Shown here piece by piece: positions 26,027 through 34,877 of a stretch of DNA of 39,247 bases. Origin of the DNA: a virus (lineage: Duplodnaviria > Caudoviricetes); the IMG/VR virus record IMGVR_UViG_3300031565_000136, positions 1 to 39,247 of that record. One strand, given 5' to 3'. The translations under genes and the position numbers were made by a program. Numbering within the stretch: the first letter of the stretch is position 1; every line of letters begins with the position of its first letter. Below the pieces are notes generated by a model that made no database searches, had not been told where the DNA came from, and saw only the letters and a list, made by a program, of their open reading frames with translations.

Positions 26027-27400
26027 ATGAAGATCGAACAGATGAAGGCGCTGGCCGATGCCAAGGCACAGGAGGCTCTCGACGCTTGGAGCGCAGATCC
26101 TCTCGACGAGGCAGCGGCCAAGGTGCTTGATGCCGAGGCTGTGAAGCTCGGCGAACGCCTGGAGCGCATGAAGGCGCTGCTGACCATCAAGACAGCGGCA
26201 GCGGAAGCAGAAGACAAGCCAGAACCAGGCGGCATTGTGGTCGTCGAGGACGAGGCAGACAAGGCCATCAAGGCCCGACCCTACAAGGGGCTGGGCGAGT
26301 TCCTGATGGATGTCAAGAACGCGGCGCTGGGCCAGGTCGATAAGCGCCTCTTGCCGCTGCGCTCGAACGACGCGGTGAATGAGGGTGGCTACTCGGTCAA
26401 CGGCGCGATGGGTGACGAGTTCGTCGGCGGGCTGACCAAGAGCGCCTTCCGTAAGCAGACGGGCCTGTACGAAGGGGACAATGCGCACGGTGGGTTCCTG
26501 GTCGGCACCGACGAGGGCGGTGCCCTGTTGCAGCGCGTGTATGACGTGGGCGAACTGCTGCGACGGGTGGATATGGTGGGCGTCAGCGCCAACAGCAACG
26601 GCATGACCTTCAACGCCGTCAATGAGACGGCGCGCGCGGACGGTCACCGGCGCGGCGGTATCCGTGCCTACTGGACGGCAGAGGCGGGCACCAAGTTGCC
26701 GACCCATCCGGAGTTCCGCGAGCTGGAGCTGCGCTTGCGCAAGGTGGTTGGGTTGTGTTACGCCACTGACGAACTGCTGCAGGATGCCAACGCACTCGAA
26801 AGCTGGATCATGGGCAATCTCCCTGAGGAGCTGCGCTTCGTGGTCGAGGATGCAATCATCAGGGGCACGGGCGTAGGTATGCCGCAGGGCATCCTGCTCT
26901 CAGGCGCGCTGGTGACGCAGGCGGCGGAGCCCGCGCAAGCAGCCGATACCATCGTGACCGCAAACATCGACAAGATGTGGAGCCGGATGTGGGCGCCGAG
27001 TCGCAGGAACGCGATCTGGCTTATCAATCAGGACTGTGAGCCAGAGCTGATGAACCTACAGCGGGCCTCGGGTACGGGCGGCGTGCCGGTCTATACTCCC
27101 CCAGGCGGAGTGAGCGCAGCACCGTATGCTACCATCTTCAACCGGCCCGTCATCGCGTCCGAATACGCCGATACGGTCGGCGACGTGGGCGACATCCTGC
27201 TCGTTGACCTGAGCGAATACCAGATGATCGAGAAAGGCGGCATGCAGAGCGCCAGCTCGATCCACCTGAACTTCCTCACCGACGAGACGGTGTTCCGGTT
27301 CGTCTACCGGGTCGATGGGCGCAGCAAGTGGAATGCCACGCTGACCCCGTTCCAGTCCGTGCTGGACCAGAGCCCCTTTGTGGCCCTGGCGGCAAGATAG
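26027..27400 (+). CDS. major capsid protein (HK97 fold, N-terminal delta domain)
   Basis: Coiled N-terminus, GGFLV, WTAEAG, TDELLQD, GTGVGMPQGIL, IFNRPV, ETVFRFVYRVDG. Confidence 0.95.
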   Translation: MKIEQMKALADAKAQEALDAWSADPLDEAAAKVLDAEAVKLGERLERMKALLTIKTAAAEAEDKPEPGGIVVVEDEADKAIKARPYKGLGEFLMDVKNAALGQVDKRLLPLRSNDAVNEGGYSVNGAMGDEFVGGLTKSAFRKQTGLYEGDNAHGGFLVGTDEGGALLQRVYDVGELLRRVDMVGVSANSNGMTFNAVNETARADGHRRGGIRAYWTAEAGTKLPTHPEFRELELRLRKVVGLCYATDELLQDANALESWIMGNLPEELRFVVEDAIIRGTGVGMPQGILLSGALVTQAAEPAQAADTIVTANIDKMWSRMWAPSRRNAIWLINQDCEPELMNLQRASGTGGVPVYTPPGGVSAAPYATIFNRPVIASEYADTVGDVGDILLVDLSEYQMIEKGGMQSASSIHLNFLTDETVFRFVYRVDGRSKWNATLTPFQSVLDQSPFVALAAR

Positions 27401-27412
27401 GAGTGACATAAA

Positions 27413-27895
27413 ATGAGCAACATCACACTTCCCGAGAACTTTAAGATCGTAAGCGCGACCGCTGGGGCTGTCACGACCAATGGTGGCGTAACGTTCGACG
27501 TGATCGACCTGACGGACGCGATCAAGGTATGGATCGTCGCGCACTATCAGCAGGCGGTCACGCATGCCACGACCATCGTCCCGGTGACGGGCATTAGCAT
27601 CGCCGCTTGTGCGACGGCGATCACTTTCACCGCACGGTGGTGGAAGAATGCCGACATCAGTGCCACGGATACGCTGGTGGCACAGACGGCAGCGACCACG
27701 ATGGCCTGCACGGCAGGGGCCACCGATCAGTTGGTCGTGATCGAGATCGACCCGGCAGATATCGCGGCGCAGTTGAGCACTTACCACTGCCTGGGTGGAA
27801 CTGTCGCAACCTCGGGCCAAGCCAACTATATGAGCGCCGTCTACTACATCCAGACGGCCTATAAGCAAGCGACGCCCGCGACGGCAATCGTGTAA
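27413..27895 (+). CDS. putative capsid decoration/cement protein
   Basis: Directly after MCP, Ala/Thr-rich beta protein, LVVIEIDPAD. Confidence 0.6.
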   Translation: MSNITLPENFKIVSATAGAVTTNGGVTFDVIDLTDAIKVWIVAHYQQAVTHATTIVPVTGISIAACATAITFTARWWKNADISATDTLVAQTAATTMACTAGATDQLVVIEIDPADIAAQLSTYHCLGGTVATSGQANYMSAVYYIQTAYKQATPATAIV

Positions 27896-27907
27896 CTGGA
27901 TTCGCCG

Positions 27908-27941
27908 GGGGGCGGGCGGCATTACGATTACGCCCGCCCCC
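27908..27941 (+). terminator. GC-rich stem-loop after capsid/decoration genes (no U tract)
   Basis: GGGGGCGGGCG / CGCCCGCCCCC 11-bp stem. Confidence 0.55.
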
Positions 27942-27990
27942 TCTATGGCCTGACAATGGACAACCCAGGACAGGCAAAGGAGACTAGGCA

Positions 27991-28899
27991 ATGGTGAAGA
28001 GACGTTCACCACTTTTCATGCAGCACCAACCGGGCGGCGTCTTTGGCTACGTGAGCATCGACGACTACCCGGCGGACATCTGGTTCGTGGACAGCACCAA
28101 CACGGCATCCAGTGATGCGGCGGGCTACGGGCAGAACCCGGACAGCCCGTTCGCCACGCTGGACTATGCGGTGAGCGCATGTGCGGCGGCGGCGGGCGAC
28201 GTGATCATCTGCCTGCCGGGGCACGCCGAAGTCGTGAGCGCGGCAGCCGGTCTGGACCTGGACTGCCAGGGCATTACCATCATCGGTGTGGGCGAGAACT
28301 CGCTGATGCCGACCGTCACCTTTGACACGGACGTGCTCGCCGACATGGACGTGGATGCGGCGGACATCACCGTGCAGCACATGCATTTCGTGGCCGGAAT
28401 CGCCGACGTGACGGCAGCCATCGACGTGAATGCGTGCGGCTTCACCCTGCGCGACTGTCGATTCACCGGAGACGGCACGTTCTGTGCGACCATCTGGGTA
28501 CAGCCTGCCGCCGGCATCGACTACATCACGATCGAGGACTGCTACTGCTGCGATCTGAATGCCAGTAACACGCACTTTATCAACCTCTCCGGCACCGGCG
28601 AGGGGCACATCATCCGGCGCAACATCCTGATCGGCGACTTTGGGACGGTGTGCATCGGCGGGGCGGGCGTGGTCACCAACTGCTGCGTCCTCGACAACCG
28701 CATCTACAACATCGCGGCGACGGCGGAGGCGGCGATCCACCTGGCCGACACGGCGACCGGCATCGTCATGGGCAACATGGCGGGCGGTACGGCGGCACAG
28801 GCAACAGGCATCGGGGCGACGGCATGTGCCCTGGCTGAGAACTACTACGGCGACCTGGGCGGCGACGTGTCGGCCTTGCTCGAACCCGTGGTGACATAG
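27991..28899 (+). CDS. right-handed beta-helix virion protein (head fibre/spike candidate)
   Basis: IWFVDS...G.NPDSPFATLDYA...GDVIICLPGH, ITIIGVG, repeated (T/I)IxxN/C strands. Confidence 0.75.
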   Translation: MVKRRSPLFMQHQPGGVFGYVSIDDYPADIWFVDSTNTASSDAAGYGQNPDSPFATLDYAVSACAAAAGDVIICLPGHAEVVSAAAGLDLDCQGITIIGVGENSLMPTVTFDTDVLADMDVDAADITVQHMHFVAGIADVTAAIDVNACGFTLRDCRFTGDGTFCATIWVQPAAGIDYITIEDCYCCDLNASNTHFINLSGTGEGHIIRRNILIGDFGTVCIGGAGVVTNCCVLDNRIYNIAATAEAAIHLADTATGIVMGNMAGGTAAQATGIGATACALAENYYGDLGGDVSALLEPVVT

Positions 28900-28911
28900 G
28901 AGCGATGACAA

Positions 28912-29628
28912 ATGTCTACAGAAACGACTGAGGTCAGACAGGCTATCGTCTATCGCTCCCACGAGTACCCGCATCGCTGGTACGATGCCTTCGGCGAGGG
29001 CGTGACCAAGTACATCCAGGACTTCCAGGGCTACCCGGTGGATAACACCACCTTCCTGCCGACCGAGTTCGTGACGACGCTGGTCAATGCATCGACCTGC
29101 GTGCCCACGGACGCGGCAGGCGGGGCGATGCTGATCACCACGGCGGGCGCGGACAACGACGGCGTGAAGCTGCAGTTGGGCAGCACGGCGGGCGAGAGCG
29201 TCGGCTTTGCGGGGCAGTACCCCTGCTACTTCGGGGTCAGCTTCCAGGCCAGCGTGGTCACGCAAGCGGACTGCCTGTTCGGGGTCTGCGTGACCGACAC
29301 CGCGTGCCTTGACGCCGTGACGGACGGCATGTACTTCCGTTGCGTGGACGGATCGGCGCTGCTCTACTTCGTGACCGAGAAGGACAGCGTAGAGAGCGCG
29401 ACGGCAGTAGCGACGTTGGCTGCTGCTACACCGATCATCTGTGAGTGGTACTTTGACGGTTCGACCGTCTACGCCTACATCAACGGCGCGCAGGTATGCA
29501 GCGTAGCAGCGACGGACGCAACGTTCCCGAATGATGAGCTGATGCGCCTAACGATGGAGTTCCTGACGGGCGACAACGCGGCTATCACCTGTACGGTTAC
29601 CGACGTCAAGTTGATCCAGGTGAGATAG
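28912..29628 (+). CDS. putative lectin/ConA-like virion protein
   Basis: All-beta pattern; DGMYFR, WYFDGSTVYAYING. Confidence 0.55.
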   Translation: MSTETTEVRQAIVYRSHEYPHRWYDAFGEGVTKYIQDFQGYPVDNTTFLPTEFVTTLVNASTCVPTDAAGGAMLITTAGADNDGVKLQLGSTAGESVGFAGQYPCYFGVSFQASVVTQADCLFGVCVTDTACLDAVTDGMYFRCVDGSALLYFVTEKDSVESATAVATLAAATPIICEWYFDGSTVYAYINGAQVCSVAATDATFPNDELMRLTMEFLTGDNAAITCTVTDVKLIQVR

Positions 29629-29675
29629 CAAGTACTGGGGCGGGTCTCGTGGCCCGCCCCACCTTGGAGGACAAC

Positions 29676-30143
29676 ATGGGCGATACGAAGATCGACATCG
29701 TGGCCGAGTGTGTGCTCAGCCTCGACACGGCAGCCTATACCGCTGGCGACCTGATGTGCCAGGCGGTGGAGCTGGAGTATGCGTGCGTTCCCAACTACCC
29801 CAGCTTTATCGAGTCGGTGACGCTGCTGGACTACGACGACAACGGCGCGGCGTTGGATCTGCTGTTCTTCCGCGCCTACCCGGGCATCCTGGGCGCGGTC
29901 AACGCGGCGGTGGCGCTCTCGGCCGTTCAGGCGGAGATGATCCAGGCAGTGGTTCACATCGTCGCTGGTGACTACACCGACCTGGGCGCACGCCAGATCG
30001 CACAGCCGGAGTTCTACCCGCGCAAGGTACGCCCGACGGACGGGCAGACCTCGATCTGGGTGGCTGCCGTGGCGCGCACCAGCCAGACGGCCTATGCCAG
30101 CGGGCGACTGCTGCTCAAGGTGGGCGTGGTTAAGGTAGAGTAG
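29676..30143 (+). CDS. hypothetical virion-associated protein
   Basis: GGAGG RBS; AYTAGD...IESVTLLD...LDLLFF. Confidence 0.65.
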   Translation: MGDTKIDIVAECVLSLDTAAYTAGDLMCQAVELEYACVPNYPSFIESVTLLDYDDNGAALDLLFFRAYPGILGAVNAAVALSAVQAEMIQAVVHIVAGDYTDLGARQIAQPEFYPRKVRPTDGQTSIWVAAVARTSQTAYASGRLLLKVGVVKVE

Positions 30144-30167
30144 GCAAGGACTATTAGGGGAACTGGG

Positions 30168-30950
30168 ATGAATCAGACGATTCGCAATCTGCTGCTGCTC
30201 TGCCCGCGCGGGGGCTTCAGGCCGAGCGACATTCCCGGCCTCGTGCTCTGGCTCGCGGCGCGGAGAATCGCGGGCAAAAGCGATGGCGATGCGCTGACGG
30301 CCACCATCGCGGATCTGTCGCCAGCAGGAAACGACATCACGCCGGTCAACAGCCCCACTTTTCAGAGTGGCGCGGGCGATCTAATCAATGGCCATCCAGT
30401 TATCCGCACGGTGATTGCCAGCAGCCAATATCTGACGGCCAACGGGGTGGCGCTCTCGCTGACCGGTGACGATCAGCCTGCGACGGTGTTCCTCGTCGCC
30501 AAGGTCGCCTCGGTGGCAACGACGCAGGTGCTGTGGGGTGCCGGCAATTCTGGCAACAACACGCCGATATGGCAGGAGATGATAATGACCGGCACGCCCT
30601 CAACACTATGGAGCACGCGCCGGGATGATGGCGGCACTGGACCCAGCGAGGGTCGCGGGACAATAGACACAAATCTGCACATTCTAGCGTGGTGGTTCAA
30701 TGGGACGACCATCCGCATCTACAAGGATGGCGTCCAGCAGGGCACCGACCTGGCCTTTGACGCGAATACCATCACGCTCAACCGATTCGCCATTGCTGCC
30801 CTACTGCGCATCGGGGCCGAAGCGTATTGTGGCATGGATCTGGCAGAGATGACGATGCACGGCAGCGCACTATCCGTGGCGAACATGAACACGATGGGGC
30901 GCTGGCTAGCGAAACTCTATGCTCAGAGCTGGACCGACATCCCAAATTGA
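30168..30950 (+). CDS. LamG/ConA-like domain virion protein
   Basis: PSDIPGLVLWL.A, DLSPAGND, INGHPVI, TVFLVA, FNGTTIRIYKDG, LAEM...ALS...WLAKLY. Confidence 0.75.
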   Translation: MNQTIRNLLLLCPRGGFRPSDIPGLVLWLAARRIAGKSDGDALTATIADLSPAGNDITPVNSPTFQSGAGDLINGHPVIRTVIASSQYLTANGVALSLTGDDQPATVFLVAKVASVATTQVLWGAGNSGNNTPIWQEMIMTGTPSTLWSTRRDDGGTGPSEGRGTIDTNLHILAWWFNGTTIRIYKDGVQQGTDLAFDANTITLNRFAIAALLRIGAEAYCGMDLAEMTMHGSALSVANMNTMGRWLAKLYAQSWTDIPN

Positions 30951-32008
30951 TTTACCGTGTCACTAACCTGAACGATAGTGGCGCGGGCAGTCTCCGAGCA
31001 GCACTGGAAGCGAGCGGATTTCGAGTAGTGGTATTCGATGTGGCGGGGACAGTTGAGCTGGTGTCCCAAATCATGATCCGCAATCCGAACATCGAAGTAC
31101 GTGGGCAGACTGCACCTGGTGGCGGGATCTGCGTGAAGGGCGGCTACATTGCGATTGAGGCGGCAGATGTGACGTTGCGGTACCTGCGACTGAGGCCAGG
31201 AGCCACGGATGAGGTGGATGCACTACAGATCAACGCCCCGGCGCGGCGCGTGTTGATCGATCACTGCAGCCTGTCGTGGGCCGTGGACGAAAACCTGGAT
31301 TTGTACGGCAATATCCACGACATAGTGATCCGCCACTGCATTATCAGCGAGGGATTGAACGATGCTGGACACAGCAAGGGGCCGCACAGCATGGGTGCCC
31401 TAGTGGGCGGCGGCGCGGATCGCGTGTTGTTCGAGCGCTGCCTGTTTGGCCACAACAACCAGCGCAACCCGCTGGTGGCCTCTGGGCGGGCTGACGTGGT
31501 GAACTGCGTGATGTACGGCGAGGGCATCCTGTTTCACTGTAGTGGCGATCCGCGTTGGCCAGATACCCGCGTCAATTTCATCGGCAACTATCAGGGATTC
31601 CCGGCAGCGGAAACAGACCGCCTCCAGAACTACATCTGGTGGTATGAGGACGGCGTGGTGCAGGTCTACGAGCACGACACGGAGATCGATGGATACGATG
31701 GGCCACCGCTGCGCTTGCTTGACGGTTATCCGGGCACAGTTGAAGACCACCTGGAGGATGTACCATTCCCTCCATTGTATGGTGGCGAACCACTGAGCGC
31801 GATGGATGCGTTGGCTGACGTTCTCGCCAATGCTGGGGCCACGCTGCCACAGCGGGATATGGTAGATGCGCGGATTGTGGCAGATGTGCAGAATGGGACG
31901 GGCGGCATCATCGACGATCCAGCAGACGTGGGCGGCTGGCCGGACTTGACGGTCTATTCACCTAATCAGACATGGGCACATAGGAGCAGGGCATGTACAT
32001 CAGCCTGA
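30947..32008 (+). CDS. pectate lyase-like (PL1-type) beta-helix protein; TTG start or reached by -1 frameshift
   Basis: YRVTNLNDSGAGSLRAAL, VVFDVAGT, GQTAPGGGI, RYLRLRPG, IDHCSLSWAVDE, HNNQRNP, RDMVDARIV. Confidence 0.9.
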   Translation: MIYRVTNLNDSGAGSLRAALEASGFRVVVFDVAGTVELVSQIMIRNPNIEVRGQTAPGGGICVKGGYIAIEAADVTLRYLRLRPGATDEVDALQINAPARRVLIDHCSLSWAVDENLDLYGNIHDIVIRHCIISEGLNDAGHSKGPHSMGALVGGGADRVLFERCLFGHNNQRNPLVASGRADVVNCVMYGEGILFHCSGDPRWPDTRVNFIGNYQGFPAAETDRLQNYIWWYEDGVVQVYEHDTEIDGYDGPPLRLLDGYPGTVEDHLEDVPFPPLYGGEPLSAMDALADVLANAGATLPQRDMVDARIVADVQNGTGGIIDDPADVGGWPDLTVYSPNQTWAHRSRACTSA

Positions 32009-33102
32009 GCGAACTTAGAGACTACCTGGACCTGGAGGACACCGACACCTATACGCCGGCCTTCGGGGCCGACACGCTGACCCTGGCGAGCGTCCCGTTT
32101 CGCAACACGCTCAAGACGGGGACAGAGGTCACGGTGGCATCGACGCTGGCCGACCCGCCTGCACCGCTGGTGGAGGGCACGGTCTACTATGTGATCCTGG
32201 GCGCTGACCAGGTGATCCAGCTTGCCGCCACCAGCGCACTCGCTGCCGTGCCCACGCCTATCGTCCTGACCGACGACGGGACGGGCACGCACACCATCAC
32301 CCGGGAGGACGCGGACACGGCGCTGCTCACCGACGCCATCAGCGCAGCACAGACCTATATCGAGTCGCAGACCAACCGCACCTTTGAGGCAGCGGAGGAC
32401 ATCCGCTACTACGGGCGCGACGCGCTGAGCGACGAGGACCGCCGCCTGCTGCTGGTGGATGGCGATCTGGTGACGGGGAACACGCTGACCAACGGCGACT
32501 TTCAGGCGGGCACAACCTATGTGCCGGCATTTGCTGCCGATAGGCTGACGCTGGCCAGCACTGCGGTCTGGGATGCGCTGATAGCGGCCACGCCGCTGAC
32601 GGTGACCTCGACCACCCACGACCCGCCCGCGCCGTTGGTGGAGGGGACGGTGTACTATGCCATCCTGCTCGTTTCGCCGGGCATCCAAGTGGCTGCAACC
32701 GCTGCACTGGCCCTGGCAGGCACGGCGATCACCCTGACCGACAACGGGACGGGCACGCACACGGTCGTGCCTGAAGGAACCCCGATCCCGAACACGGAAT
32801 ACTGGCTGCACCCGCGCAACCTGGGGCCGCCCTACTTCGGCATCCGGCTGAAGACGGACAGCACCTACTCGTGGACGTTTGACACCGACTGTTTCGTGAG
32901 CGTCAACGGCGATTGGGCCTACAGCGCGGCAGTGCCGGGGGATATCAAGGAGGCATGCAAAGTGCTGGCCGCGTTCGCTTATAGAAGGAAAGACAGTCAG
33001 GTGTTCGAGGTCACAGCGATCCCTGGTGCGGGCGTGATCACGATCCCACAGGGCATACCGGCGGGCATAACCGACGTTCTGACATACTACAAGAGGCACT
33101 GA
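31993..33102 (+). CDS. head-tail connector (gp6-like) with two inserted repeat domains
   Basis: YISLSELRDYL, LLTDAISAAQTYIESQTNRTF, VPGDIKEAC, VLTYYKR; two ~85-aa inserts sharing DPPAPLVEGTVYY and LTD.GTGTHT. Confidence 0.8.
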   Translation: MYISLSELRDYLDLEDTDTYTPAFGADTLTLASVPFRNTLKTGTEVTVASTLADPPAPLVEGTVYYVILGADQVIQLAATSALAAVPTPIVLTDDGTGTHTITREDADTALLTDAISAAQTYIESQTNRTFEAAEDIRYYGRDALSDEDRRLLLVDGDLVTGNTLTNGDFQAGTTYVPAFAADRLTLASTAVWDALIAATPLTVTSTTHDPPAPLVEGTVYYAILLVSPGIQVAATAALALAGTAITLTDNGTGTHTVVPEGTPIPNTEYWLHPRNLGPPYFGIRLKTDSTYSWTFDTDCFVSVNGDWAYSAAVPGDIKEACKVLAAFAYRRKDSQVFEVTAIPGAGVITIPQGIPAGITDVLTYYKRH

Positions 33103-33506
33103 TGACCACCTACCGCAGCTTTGTGGATGCACTGGAGGCGCTGGTCATCACCGGCGTGGTGCGGCGCTACACGAGCGGACCGCCTGCAGGAGCACCCGGT
33201 GTGGGCGATACGCCCGCGCAGTACGTGCGCTATCCAGGCGGCGACGAGCGGGTGCTGGTATTCGGTGAGGGAGGCGGGTTTACCACGCTCCGTGCCGAGA
33301 TGGTGCTCCTGGTCGAGCCGGTGGCGCAGAGCATGCAGGGCCGCAACTTCGACTTGACGGTGGATATGATGGACAACCTGGCGGCGGCGCTGCGCGGGGC
33401 TCCATGTACAATTGGGGGCAAGCTGAGCTGGTCGCTGCGCCAAATCATCGACACCGTGGCAGGCACTGACTACTGGGCCGTCTTGGCTTCGGTAGAGGGG
33501 CACTGA
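33102..33506 (+). CDS. putative tail terminator/completion protein
   Basis: TGATG-coupled to connector; size and position. Confidence 0.6.
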   Translation: MTTYRSFVDALEALVITGVVRRYTSGPPAGAPGVGDTPAQYVRYPGGDERVLVFGEGGGFTTLRAEMVLLVEPVAQSMQGRNFDLTVDMMDNLAAALRGAPCTIGGKLSWSLRQIIDTVAGTDYWAVLASVEGH

Positions 33507-33771
33507 TAACGCATCCCGAAAGGAGAGCGAAATGAAGGACAATGAAGGGTTCCGAGAATGGCCGTCTGATGCCTGTATGGGTTGCGGATGGCTACAGTGC
33601 AGCAATTGCACGATACCGGGTGGCGTATGTTGGAAGCGCCTTATCGCCGGGACATCAGTATCGGTGGCCGACCTTCTGGTCAAGCTCGGCATCATCCAGA
33701 GAATCGGATGAGACTCCTTAACATCGGCGTAGAAGGCAACGTATAACGCATCCCGAAAGGAGAGCGAAATG
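33506..33771 (+). repeat. 29-bp perfect direct repeat containing RBS+ATG (33506-33534, 33743-33771)
   Basis: ATAACGCATCCCGAAAGGAGAGCGAAATG twice. Confidence 0.95.
33532..33711 (+). CDS. 59-aa Cys-rich hypothetical protein
   Basis: AAAGGAG RBS; MKDNEGFREWPSDACMGCGWLQCSNC...; below ORF-track cutoff. Confidence 0.6.
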   Translation: MKDNEGFREWPSDACMGCGWLQCSNCTIPGGVCWKRLIAGTSVSVADLLVKLGIIQRIG

Positions 33772-34116
33772 GGAATGAGTAGGCGCAAGTTTATGGAGGG
33801 CACGCTGGGTGCTCTGGGTGGGCTTATTGCATCTGGTGGGACACTGGGTGCCGCATTGGCAAGTGACCGCCGCGAACAGAACATGATCGAGATATACGCC
33901 GCCGACAATCCATTCGTCACCCTATGGCTCAATGGAAAAGATATCTCCATAGATGCTACGGGCTGTCGTGTTTATTGTGAACCAGGTAAGGTGATATGGG
34001 GCTGGGCCGAGGTTGTTGTACGCAGTGACCAAGGCGGCATCATCGCGGGACCAGATCACAAGCCCCTAGTGCGTCGGCGCTATGGATGGGTGCGGTGGGC
34101 ACACCAAGACTACTAA
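33769..34116 (+). CDS. protein with twin-arginine (Tat)-like signal peptide
   Basis: MSRRKFM + Gly/Ala hydrophobic region + ALA. Confidence 0.65.
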   Translation: MGMSRRKFMEGTLGALGGLIASGGTLGAALASDRREQNMIEIYAADNPFVTLWLNGKDISIDATGCRVYCEPGKVIWGWAEVVVRSDQGGIIAGPDHKPLVRRRYGWVRWAHQDY

Positions 34117-34877
34117 ACATCGGCTCCGGCCCGGCGAGCCTCACCATCCCCGCCTACTACGAGGACTGGGACGCGGTGCGGCTGGACATCGAGCCGCGCA
34201 ACGAGCCCGATCTGCTGATGGACGCAATGGACCTGGACACGCTGGAGGCGAGCCAGTTCGATGCGGCCTATGCGTCGCACCTGCTGGAACATATCTACCC
34301 GCAGGGCCTGGAGCGCTTCATGCGCGGTGTGCATCACGTCCTGGTGGCCGACGGCTTCGTGGACTTTCGCGTGCCCGACGCCCTGGCGGCGTGCAGGAGG
34401 GCGACAGAGGACGGCACCCTGGACGCACCCTGCTACACCGTGGCGGTGGGGACGGTCACGGCCTGGGACATGCTCTATGGCTACTTGCACTATCAGCAGG
34501 TGATGGGGCCGGCGATGGCGCACCACAATGGTTTCAGCCAGCAGACGCTTACCGGGACGCTACAGGCGTTCGGCTTCGGGCGGGTGTACATCGCCCGCAA
34601 CGAGTGGGAGATGGGCGCTATCGGCTGCAAGACGGACCTGGACGATGACATGAAAGAGAGGATTGGCCTTGACAGAGCAACGGGTGAGCATCGCCTTGTG
34701 CATTCCGACGATGGGGCCGCCAACGTGGAGCCTGTTCGACAGCTTCGGCCTGTGGCAGAGCTACCACTACGCGACCCATCCCGACGTTCCGGTAACGGTC
34801 ATTCGCCCGCCGCGCTCGCTGCCGGTGGACGTGGCACGCACCTACCTCGTGCAGCGGGCCTTGGAGGGCGACTGTAG
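34086..34877 (+). CDS. class I SAM-dependent methyltransferase
   Basis: LLNIGSG, VRLDI, FDAAYASHLLEH, VLVADG...RVPD, AHHNGF. Confidence 0.85.
   Translation: MGAVGTPRLLNIGSGPASLTIPAYYEDWDAVRLDIEPRNEPDLLMDAMDLDTLEASQFDAAYASHLLEHIYPQGLERFMRGVHHVLVADGFVDFRVPDALAACRRATEDGTLDAPCYTVAVGTVTAWDMLYGYLHYQQVMGPAMAHHNGFSQQTLTGTLQAFGFGRVYIARNEWEMGAIGCKTDLDDDMKERIGLDRATGEHRLVHSDDGAANVEPVRQLRPVAELPLRDPSRRSGNGHSPAALAAGGRGTHLPRAAGLGGRL

Noticed and set aside
28006-29265. 419-aa minus-strand ORF (also 21278-22219, 27056-28012, 31966-33132, 37536-38498, 12191-12979)
   Set aside because: Antisense shadows of well-supported + strand genes, expected at high GC; no motifs
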